Under the pieces are notes generated by a model. The model searched no databases. It had not been told where the DNA came from and saw only the letters and a program-made list of their open reading frames with translations. Of a DNA stretch of 64,000 nt, positions 37,701 to 44,279 are shown in pieces. The DNA lies in NCBI GenBank assembly GCA_045596865.1, contig JAZODF010000003.1, positions 15,525 to 79,524 of the forward strand, in the 5' to 3' direction. The stretch comes from Eubacteriales bacterium. Lineage in GTDB: Bacteria > Bacillota > Clostridia > Oscillospirales > CAG-272. Numbering within the stretch: position 1 is the first letter of the stretch; each line of letters opens with the position of its first letter. Made by a program: the position numbers and the translations under genes.

Positions 37701-38138
37701 GTCGGTGTCGGACATCTCGCTCTTGTCGAGGTTACGGAAATAGAAGAGGATCCGCCCCTCGTAGTCGGGGTCAAGCAGGGCGCCGTACTCGATCTCGAGC
37801 TGGGTCACCGAGATGTCGGTGGGGGTGTCAATGCCCTTCGATACCGCGGCGGCGTGGAGCAGGTCCGCGCCGGGAATCCATCCGTATCGCTCACCGATGA
37901 GGACGATCATATACGGCTTGCAGTTATCGATCTCGTCAAGGCAGACGTCGAGGACCTTTTTCGAGCTTTCCTCGCTGTCAAGCTCGGTGGTATTTACGCC
38001 CCAGCGCAGGTCACCGAAATAGACCGCCTCACCCCTCGGGGCGAGGTGCGCGTCAATAAGCGGCGCAACGTAGGTGTTGAGCGCGTCGCGCTCAAACTGC
38101 ATATCCTTGAATGTTGAGGAAACGAAAACGAGCTTCAT
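34758..38138 (-). CDS. NLR-like STAND NTPase: N-terminal DUF4062 (TIR-like) domain + P-loop NTPase + ~750-aa helical C-terminal arm (1126 aa)
   Basis: The N-terminus is MKLVFVSSTFKDMQFERDAL...MIVLIGERYGWIPG. Walker A GEQGSGKT is encoded at nt 37320-37343, and VIGVVDDCD is Walker-B-like. I chose ATG 38138 after GGGGGATGG. It has its own promoter at 38167-38195. Confidence 0.7.
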   Translation of the reverse strand: MKLVFVSSTFKDMQFERDALNTYVAPLIDAHLAPRGEAVYFGDLRWGVNTTELDSEESSKKVLDVCLDEIDNCKPYMIVLIGERYGWIPGADLLHAAAVSKGIDTPTDISVTQLEIEYGALLDPDYEGRILFYFRNLDKSEMSDTDRRDYEAESETHRAKLDALKARIAEIYPDSIRYYDAKWNGKTRAVEGLLPLMDVIRADLCRVFDADMDRESNIPWQRRAMNSAHRYYMEHSRHYVEIATGSSAALAGIYSDEHCLVTMVEGEQGSGKTAFVSNYYREFYENEDAKFLLVPFVMGLDGYSILGANFLKIVLYALEEAMGLPITEQDYEDESVDCRAAVSERVRTLIKEYPYPVIGVVDDCDYDLYYDLWVGFYEGLPADPARYAITEAEVDTLFLILAYSSAEKRPLMIAPNCNFSETYIMEPLEDEQKREFIKTVVKGRHKELPDVVVDSIISKGESDLPLYIKLVVDRLLLLDSEDFANIRALGDGMDNINKYMISIVDGLADDLESITAELIEEASERIDREFVYRLMGLLAYFPVYVTEGFVKQFFESLGWHFSALNFAITVKTLSSFITYNTKTAGYRITNRRMLRAIREKLTLEGFDGTPCHIFDYITAPDNAENLGKYAISTAAMMPDRELAPRLIYEYHAAIDENEAETKEFLTDQLDWLIRNTDRAAEIVCKLALIDPNEDFSYLISRLPVKSQLRGEPSLINVFLVDLVERMPFIEGTEENAGYNSLAMYARVRLINDLLDVDPQLCIHLWENEVNEYVSDLLLYPFAITQHFISALTVQKIARDYGISDSYFGRADDPLYRVDLEEDGYENTILAGHIYYNTAREIKDDDEDAYGNLLVAAINSYNSFKASDDAALSRTTPDDFYTVAEAYVDTIRLLIEEEDMDNARLLVENFVRLTRQAIYFFDSRMVRMLRDMLYIIDLVYSDADDVTLLHSLASIARMISYRTKQIADLDYSVFYIAKFLRLFDMIYEIDESEIFSSMLDAAAHEVWRLADAIEGSTIRLSVFMSRFDDIVSCLGFLSQFEREEDVTDILDALNEIEIDEDDQDDSYEVFLLIRHYLCCAYGTLTNRALNALGRQLARVRKLEKDSFAVREYSDVIDYIADALSDVE

Positions 38139-38166
38139 ATACCATCCCCCATATCGTTTTTCTTTA

Positions 38167-38195
38167 AGTATAGCACATATATTACGGAATTGCAA
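38167..38195 (-). promoter_or_regulatory. Dedicated promoter of the NLR-like NTPase gene
   Basis: On the minus strand: TTGCAA-17 nt-(TGc)TATACT, about 30 nt upstream of the ATG at 38138. Confidence 0.55.
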
Positions 38196-38244
38196 GTAAC
38201 ATATAATAGAGATAATACAGAAGGTGGCAAAAACGCAGGCAAAC

Positions 38245-38268
38245 AAAAAACCGCCTTTCGTCAGGCGG
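38245..38268 (-). terminator. Second terminator between rplL and the NLR-like gene promoter
   Basis: On the minus strand: CCGCC-tgacgaaa-GGCGG followed by TTTTTT. Confidence 0.5.
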
Positions 38269-38294
38269 CAGAATAAAATATGAGCATCGAAGTC

Positions 38295-38322
38295 GGGAGC
38301 GAACGGGCAAAAGCACCAAAAT
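38295..38322 (+). repeat. 28-nt repeat GGGAGCGAACGGGCAAAAGCACCAAAAT (copy 1)
   Basis: It matches 60773-60800 at 27/28 positions. Both copies lie just 3' of highly expressed minus-strand translation genes (rplL, aspS). Confidence 0.85.
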
Positions 38323-38421
38323 GAAATTTTGATGAAGCCGACGTGAACGCACGCCGCCGGGCGTAGTTACCTACGTCAAGGTGGGCGGTCGCGGTGGATT
38401 CGCAAAATTCGCCAAAGAAAG

Positions 38422-38461
38422 AAAAAAAGAGGGGAGCGTTCTGCAGGTGAACACTCCCCTC
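38422..38461 (-). terminator. rplL terminator
   Basis: On the minus strand: GAGGGGAGTGTTC-acctgca-GAACGCTCCCCTC followed by TTTTTTT. Confidence 0.8.
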
Positions 38462-38477
38462 TCTATGAAAGGTGAAA

Positions 38478-38852
38478 TTACTTAACCTCAACCTCTGCGC
38501 CAGCTGCCTTGAGCTGCTCAGCGATCTTCTCTGCCTCATCCTTAGCGATAGCTTCCTTGATGGTCTTGGGAGCTGCCTCAACGAGGTCCTTAGCATCCTT
38601 AAGGCCAAGGCCGGTGATCTCACGAACAACCTTGATAACGTTAAGCTTGCTTGCGCCAGCTGCCTTAAGAACAACGTCGAACTCGGTCTTCTCCTCAACG
38701 GGAGCTGCTGCTGCGGCACCGGGAGCTGCTGCAACTGCTACGGGAGCTGCGGATACGCCGAACTCCTCCTCGAGAGCCTTAACGAGATCAGCGAGTTCAA
38801 GAATAGTAAGACCCTTTACAAGGTCAAGAATCTGAGTAGTCTTTTCGTTCAT
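38478..38852 (-). CDS. rplL: 50S ribosomal protein L7/L12
   Basis: [29 protein letters not shown]...[22 protein letters not shown] 38852 follows GGAGGA. Confidence 0.95.
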   Translation of the reverse strand: MNEKTTQILDLVKGLTILELADLVKALEEEFGVSAAPVAVAAAPGAAAAAPVEEKTEFDVVLKAAGASKLNVIKVVREITGLGLKDAKDLVEAAPKTIKEAIAKDEAEKIAEQLKAAGAEVEVK

Positions 38853-38907
38853 TTTTAAATCCTCCAATATTAATACAAAATTTATTAACTGTATTTAGCT
38901 TGCAGAA

Positions 38908-39441
38908 TTAAGCCTCTGCGGGAGCCTCGGCAGCCTCTGCGCCGCCTTCGTTTTCCTTGTCGATTTTGCCCTGAAGTACACGTGCAAAGCCGTAAAGAGA
39001 AGACATAAGGGAGCCCATCATACGAGCGATGAGAACCTCCTTGGAAGGAGTAGCGGCAAGCTCCTCAACACCTGCAAGATCGATAACACCACCGTCAACG
39101 AATCCGGCCTTGATTTCAAAGCTCTTGATCTTGTCGGAGTATTCCTTCATAATCTTCGCGGGAGCGATGGGATCATCCTGGCTGATCGCGATTGCGGTCA
39201 TACCGGAAAGATACTGCTTCATTTCGCCGTAGCCAACCATATCGCACGCTCTGCCGGTGAGGGTATTCTTCATAACGGAATACTCAACGCCTGCCTTACG
39301 GAGTGCGGCACGGAGCTCGGTGTCCTCTGCAACGGTAATGCCCTCGTACTTTACAAGCACGCCTGCGGCTGCGGTCTGCATCTTAGCAGCGAGAGCCTCA
39401 ACGACCTGCTTCTTCTCTTCAAGAATCTTGTTACTTGGCAT
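38908..39441 (-). CDS. rplJ: 50S ribosomal protein L10
   Basis: KKQVVEALAAKMQTAAAGVLVKYEGITVAEDTELR. ATG 39441 follows GGAGGTG. Confidence 0.95.
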   Translation of the reverse strand: MPSNKILEEKKQVVEALAAKMQTAAAGVLVKYEGITVAEDTELRAALRKAGVEYSVMKNTLTGRACDMVGYGEMKQYLSGMTAIAISQDDPIAPAKIMKEYSDKIKSFEIKAGFVDGGVIDLAGVEELAATPSKEVLIARMMGSLMSSLYGFARVLQGKIDKENEGGAEAAEAPAEA

Positions 39442-39609
39442 TTTCTTCACCTCCATAAAAATTTAAAACAAAAAATCCTTTCCGTGAAAAGCATAGCTTA
39501 ACCGAGAAAGGACAACCGAAAAGGCGCACCTAGGGCACGCGATATTAAGTTATTCTCACCTCGGCAGGAAAGCAAATGCTTTTACCGGAACCTGCTGTCT
39601 TAGGATACC
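39442..39609 (-). promoter_or_regulatory. Ribosomal protein L10 leader (autoregulatory 5' UTR with attenuator)
   Basis: A ~165-nt structured leader lies between the promoter and rplJ. It ends in a hairpin UCCUUUC...GAAAGGA followed by UUUUUUGUUUU just before the RBS, as in Firmicute L10 leaders. The Rfam match was not verified. Confidence 0.5.
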
Positions 39610-39615
39610 TGTGTT

Positions 39616-39644
39616 ATTATACACACTTTGTCCCCGTTTGTCAA
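39616..39644 (-). promoter_or_regulatory. Sigma-A-type promoter of rplJL
   Basis: On the minus strand: TTGACA-17 nt-TATAAT, an exact consensus. Confidence 0.65.
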
Positions 39645-39882
39645 GGGGTTTTAAAAAAATATTTTCGCATTTTTCACAAAAGATTTCGTCAGGGTGAAAA
39701 ACGCCCGCGAAGGATGCGGGTTGTCGCGCGTTTACCCGAGTGGCAGGGCGTGTGCGGGCCGCGTGTCGGTGGTGTTCGGTGTGAGCGCGTTTCGGTGGTG
39801 GGGTGCGGGTGCCGCACCCCTATAAAATAAATATGGATGGGTTTATGATGGGTTTGGTCTGTTTTCGGGCGGGCTTTTTTAG

Positions 39883-40803
39883 TTATTCGTAGCCCTTCTT
39901 CGCCTTCAAAACGCGCCAGACCGAGCGGTAGGAGGCAAGACGGCTCTCGGGTATTATTCCCTCCTCTGCGGCGCGGGCAACGGCACATTCGTCCGCCCCC
40001 TCACCAACGTGGGCACAGTCGGCGTAGCGGCACCTGCCCGTATATGCGCGAATCTCGGGAAAGGCGAGCGGCAGGTCGTCAAGCGAGAAGAAATCGAACC
40101 GCTCAAAGTCGATGAGCGAGAAGCCCGGCGTGTCGGCAAGGAAGCCGCCGTCGCCGACCGAGAAGAGCTCAACGTGGCGGGTGGTGTGCCTGCCACGCTC
40201 GATCTTGCGGGAGATTTCCGAGGTGGCGAGGGTCAGCCCGTCGAACAGGGCGTTCATCAGAGTGGATTTACCGACGCCCGAGGCACCCGCGAATGCGGCG
40301 ATAGCCCCGTCACGAAGCTGCACGCGTATGTAATCGCGAAGGGCGTCGGTGCCCGCGCCCGTATCGGAGGAGGTGACGAAGGTCGGGATGCCGACCGCAC
40401 GGTAGATGGCGGCATATTCCTCCGCCGCGGTGGGCGAGAGGTCGCACTTCGTAATAACTATAATAGGAAGGATGGAGTTATGCTCGGCGATGGCGGTGAG
40501 CTTGTCCACCGTTTCAAGGACGGGCTGTGGCTTCCTCGCCGCGAAGAGGATAAAGAGGTAGTCGAGGTTGGCAAGAGGGGGACGGATGAGGCTGTTTTTG
40601 CGCTCTCCGATCTCCGAGATGACGATGCCGTCGGGGGTCGCGTCGTCAACCGTGACGGTGACGGTGTCACCAATCAGGACCTTTTCCTCGTCGCGCTTCA
40701 GGCTACCCTTCGCGCGGCAGGCAAGACGCTCGCCGTCCTCGACCAGCACCTCGTAAAGGCCGCCGAGGCCCTTCACTACCCTTCCGTGTTTTTCGTAGAT
40801 CAA
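39883..40803 (-). CDS. rsgA: Ribosome small-subunit-dependent GTPase A
   Basis: Circularly permuted GTPase motifs (VITKCDL, GASGVGKSTLMNAL) and a C-terminal zinc knuckle (CRYADCAH). Confidence 0.85.
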   Translation of the reverse strand: MIYEKHGRVVKGLGGLYEVLVEDGERLACRAKGSLKRDEEKVLIGDTVTVTVDDATPDGIVISEIGERKNSLIRPPLANLDYLFILFAARKPQPVLETVDKLTAIAEHNSILPIIVITKCDLSPTAAEEYAAIYRAVGIPTFVTSSDTGAGTDALRDYIRVQLRDGAIAAFAGASGVGKSTLMNALFDGLTLATSEISRKIERGRHTTRHVELFSVGDGGFLADTPGFSLIDFERFDFFSLDDLPLAFPEIRAYTGRCRYADCAHVGEGADECAVARAAEEGIIPESRLASYRSVWRVLKAKKGYE

Positions 40804-40898
40804 AGATGTTCTCCTGTTCGGTTTGGGTTATTATGGGATTTCGTCCGCGGGGCTTCGCCACGGTGCGGACGGTTGGCATTGCAATATTTTTCGAGGGG

Positions 40899-41957
40899 TT
40901 ATTCGCCGTCGGTGCCCGCGCTCGAGCGGCGGAGCTGACCGCATGCCGCCTCAATATCCGAGCCGAGCCTGCGGCGGACGGTTGCGACACAGCCGCGGCC
41001 GTTCAGTATCTCTGCAAATTTATTCGCAGACTCGGTGCTTCCGTGGCGGAAGCCGATCTCCTCGACCTCGTTTACGCGGATGAGGTTGACGTGGATGGGG
41101 GCACCCGTGCCGCGAAATGCGGTGGTGAGCAGGCGGGCAAGCGAAATCGCGTCCGCCTCGGTATCGTTTTTGCCGTGGATGAGGGTGTATTCAAAGGAGA
41201 TGCGCCTGCCCGTCGTTTTGTAGTATTCAACGCAGGCGGTGAGCAGGTCGGCGATCTTCCATTTATTGTTTACGGGCATGATCTCGCTCCGCTTTTCGTC
41301 GGTGGAGGCGTGGAGGGAGATAGAGAGGGTGATGGGGATATCCACCCGCGCGAGGTCATAGATGCGTGGCACGACGCCGCAGGTGGAGAGCGAGATGTGA
41401 CGGTAGCCGATATTCAGCCCGTCGGGGTGGTTGACAAGCTCCAAAAAGCGGATGACGTTATCGTAGTTATCAAGCGGCTCGCCAATACCCATCATAACGA
41501 CGTTTGACACCCTCTCGCCCGAGTCACGCTGGGCGGCGGTGATCTGTCCGATGAGCTCGGAGGGCAGAAGGTCGCGCACCCGTCCCGCAAGCGTCGAGGC
41601 ACAGAAGCGACAGCCCATGCGACAGCCGACCTGGCTGGAGATGCAGAGGGTGTTGCCGTGCTTGTATTTCATCAGGACGCTCTCGATACGCTCGCCATCG
41701 TGGAGGCGGAAGAGATATTTTACCGTGCCGTCGATTTTTGAAACGAGCTTGCGGTCGACGGTGGGAACGGGCAAAAGCACCTCGGCAAGGAGGCGCTCAC
41801 GAAGGCTCTTCGGCAGGTTTGTGATCTCGCCGATCGGGGTGCCGTCCTGCAGGCGGGGGAAAAGCTGCTTTGCACGGAATTTCGGCTCGCCGATGGCGAG
41901 GAGGTACCCCTCGAGCTCCGAGGGGAGCATGGAGTAGATATCTGTCCTTTGGTTCAT
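40899..41957 (-). CDS. rlmN: 23S rRNA/tRNA (adenine-C2)-methyltransferase RlmN (radical SAM)
   Basis: CISSQVGCRMGCRFCAS radical-SAM cluster and MGIGEPLDN. Confidence 0.9.
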   Translation of the reverse strand: MNQRTDIYSMLPSELEGYLLAIGEPKFRAKQLFPRLQDGTPIGEITNLPKSLRERLLAEVLLPVPTVDRKLVSKIDGTVKYLFRLHDGERIESVLMKYKHGNTLCISSQVGCRMGCRFCASTLAGRVRDLLPSELIGQITAAQRDSGERVSNVVMMGIGEPLDNYDNVIRFLELVNHPDGLNIGYRHISLSTCGVVPRIYDLARVDIPITLSISLHASTDEKRSEIMPVNNKWKIADLLTACVEYYKTTGRRISFEYTLIHGKNDTEADAISLARLLTTAFRGTGAPIHVNLIRVNEVEEIGFRHGSTESANKFAEILNGRGCVATVRRRLGSDIEAACGQLRRSSAGTDGE

Positions 41958-41989
41958 TTGTTATCCCTTTCAGGGTTGGTTGGTGGGTG

Positions 41990-43306
41990 TCATTTTACCC
42001 GAACGAGGCGGGCGATGAAGAAGCCGTCGGTGCCGTGGATATGCGGCAAGAGAGTTAGCATCCCCCCCTCCGACGAGAGGTCGCCGACGGTGAAATCGAC
42101 GGCGGCAAAGGAATCGTTTTCCGCGAGGAAGCGAAGGACGTTATCCCCGTTTTCGGCGGGGTTAAGCGTACAGGTGGAATAGACGAGCGTGCCGCCGACG
42201 CGGACGTAATTTGCCGACGTTTTCAGGATGTCGTACTGCAATTCGGGCAGGCGTTCCATCGTTTGTGCGGCGTTGTAGCGGAGGTCCGCCTTCTTGCCAA
42301 GGACGCCGAGGCCCGAGCAGGGGACGTCGCAGATAACGCGGTCAAATTTGCCGAAAAACTCGACACGGGGTACGGTTGCGTCGTTTTTATGTACGCTAAT
42401 GTTTACAATTCCGAGGCGGGCGGCGCCGCTCTCGATAAGCGGCAATTTGCTATCGTGAAGGTCACACGAGGTAACCGAGCCACCCTCACCCGCGAGGATT
42501 GCGGCGGCAAAGCTCTTGCCACCCGGGCAGGCACAGACGTCGAGCACAGAGTCACCGTGTGAGGTGCCGAGCACGCCCGCGCTGATGGCGCAGGAGAGGT
42601 CCTGTACGAAGAACATCCCCTCGTCAAAGCCGGGCAGAGAGCGCACGTCGCAGGAGCCGTCGATACGCAGGCTGATGGGTGAGAGGACAGAGGGTGTGGC
42701 GACGATCCCCTCCTTCGCAAAGAGGGCGACGAGTGCGTCGCGGGAGATTTTAGCGAGGTTGACCGTCAGGTCGGTGTAGCGCGCCGTATTAAAGGCGGAA
42801 AGGAGTGCCTCCGTCCCCTCCTCACCGAGGGTGGCGAGGAAATGGCGCACGAGCGCGATCGGGTAGGAATACGCCACCGAGAGGTGACGGGCAGGATTTT
42901 TCGCGCGGTCGGGCATAGGTAGCCCTTCCCCGTCGCGACGGCGGATAAGCGCGCGGAGGATGCCGTTGACGAAGCCGCGCTCGCCCTTGCCCCGTGCGAG
43001 GCCGACCGTTTCATTGACGGCGACGTGGTCGGGGACGCGGTCCATATACAAGAGCTGTGCCGCGCCGAGGCGGAGGATATTCAGGGTGTGTATATCAATT
43101 TTATCGGTGGGGCGCCCTGCGAGCGCGCCGATTATGTAGTCGAAGGTAAGCTTGTGCTCGACGGTTGTATAAAGCAGGGCGGTGACGAACCCCCGCTCCT
43201 CGCGCGAGATGCCGTCAAGGCGGTGCGAGGACAGCGAGAGGTTGACGTACTTGCCCTCGAGCTCGTATTCGTCGAGCAAAGCCAGCGCAAGCTGACGAGG
43301 GTTCAT
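41990..43306 (-). CDS. rsmB: 16S rRNA (cytosine967-C5)-methyltransferase RsmB
   Basis: NusB-like N-terminus, then DVCACPGGKS, DVPCSGLG and YSTCT motifs. Confidence 0.85.
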   Translation of the reverse strand: MNPRQLALALLDEYELEGKYVNLSLSSHRLDGISREERGFVTALLYTTVEHKLTFDYIIGALAGRPTDKIDIHTLNILRLGAAQLLYMDRVPDHVAVNETVGLARGKGERGFVNGILRALIRRRDGEGLPMPDRAKNPARHLSVAYSYPIALVRHFLATLGEEGTEALLSAFNTARYTDLTVNLAKISRDALVALFAKEGIVATPSVLSPISLRIDGSCDVRSLPGFDEGMFFVQDLSCAISAGVLGTSHGDSVLDVCACPGGKSFAAAILAGEGGSVTSCDLHDSKLPLIESGAARLGIVNISVHKNDATVPRVEFFGKFDRVICDVPCSGLGVLGKKADLRYNAAQTMERLPELQYDILKTSANYVRVGGTLVYSTCTLNPAENGDNVLRFLAENDSFAAVDFTVGDLSSEGGMLTLLPHIHGTDGFFIARLVRVK

Positions 43307-43376
43307 ATAGACTCCGTTTTGTTACCCGATTACGGGCAAGGTGTTTTTCCCGCCCGTGGATCGGGGCGTGGTTTTG

Positions 43377-43540
43377 GTGAAGTTTTTGCTATGCAAAAGT
43401 GAAGTTACTCACATTGTTCGTAGTGAAGTTTTGCTGCTTCGTACGCAAAGTGAAGTTAAGCTCGCCTAAAAGCACTCTTCACTTGCACCGCACGCGGTGC
43501 GGGCTTCACTGCGTACCAACCTCACCCGCCGTAGGCGAGC
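43377..43540. repeat. Hairpin array B: 4x GTGAAGTT + hairpins, then a long stem enclosing two inverted CTTCACT copies
   Basis: GTGAAGTT occurs at 43377, 43399, 43423 and 43450. AAGCTCGCC (43458-43466) pairs with GGCGAGCTT (43532-43540) around CTTCACT-t-GCACCGC-ac-GCGGTGC-ggg-CTTCACT. Confidence 0.9.
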
Positions 43541-43580
43541 TTAGTTATCGAGCGGACGTACCCTGCCGCTCGAGATTCGG

Positions 43581-44279
43581 TTATCTTCTCCTGTGCGAGA
43601 AGATGGAAAGCAGGCGAAGCAGCTGGATAAGCGAGACTGCGAGTGCGGCGACGTAGGTCATTGCCGCGGCGGAGAGCACGCGGCGGCAGGCGGAAAGCTC
43701 GCCCTTATTATACCAGCCCGTCAATTCAAGCTCGGTAAGAGCGCGGCGGGAGGCGTTGGTCTCGCACGGGAGGGTGACGAGGTGGAAGAGCGTGGTTGCG
43801 GCAAAGAGCACCACGCCGACAAAGAGGACGTAGGTGCCGAGCACCTCGGAAAACGCGAGGAGCAAAGAGCCGAGCAGGATTGCGATCCAAGAGAAGCGCG
43901 CGGCAAAATTCACCGCGGGGACGAGCTTCGAGCGGATGACGAGCGGCTTATACGCCGTGGCGTGCTGAATAGCGTGGCCAACCTCGTGTGCGGCGACGCC
44001 GACGGCGGCGGCGCTCGATGAGCCGTAAACCGTCTCGGACAGGCGAAGCACCCGCGAGCGGGGATCGTAATGGTCGGTGAGGTTGCCACCCACCCGCTCG
44101 ATACGCACGTCAAAGAGGCCGTGTGCGTCGAGGATACGGCGGGCGACGTCGGCGGCGGTATGCCCCCTGCCCGCGCTGACGCGGGAGTATTTTGAGAAGG
44201 TGGAGGACACCTTCACCTGCGCGACGACGGAAAATAGCAGCGCCGCGATAAACAGCCAATAGAGTAAATAGGGATTCAC
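43581..44279 (-). CDS. Membrane zinc metallopeptidase (YugP/Zn_peptidase_2 family)
   Basis: HEVGHAIQH zinc motif, with an N-terminal and two C-terminal TM helices. Confidence 0.8.
   Translation of the reverse strand: MNPYLLYWLFIAALLFSVVAQVKVSSTFSKYSRVSAGRGHTAADVARRILDAHGLFDVRIERVGGNLTDHYDPRSRVLRLSETVYGSSSAAAVGVAAHEVGHAIQHATAYKPLVIRSKLVPAVNFAARFSWIAILLGSLLLAFSEVLGTYVLFVGVVLFAATTLFHLVTLPCETNASRRALTELELTGWYNKGELSACRRVLSAAAMTYVAALAVSLIQLLRLLSIFSHRRR

Noticed and set aside
16387-42372. 15-mer AAAACTCGACACGGG present three times inside unrelated CDSs (16387-16403, 23781-23799, 42353-42372), all on the + strand and resembling the intergenic AAAATTTGACACGGG motif
   Set aside because: In the two minus-strand genes it encodes the same in-frame tetrapeptide RVEF with preferred codons. 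With strong codon bias, such coincidences are plausible in ~20,000 codons. Without a genome-wide k-mer background I cannot separate it from chance. I mention it only as a possible extension of the motif family.
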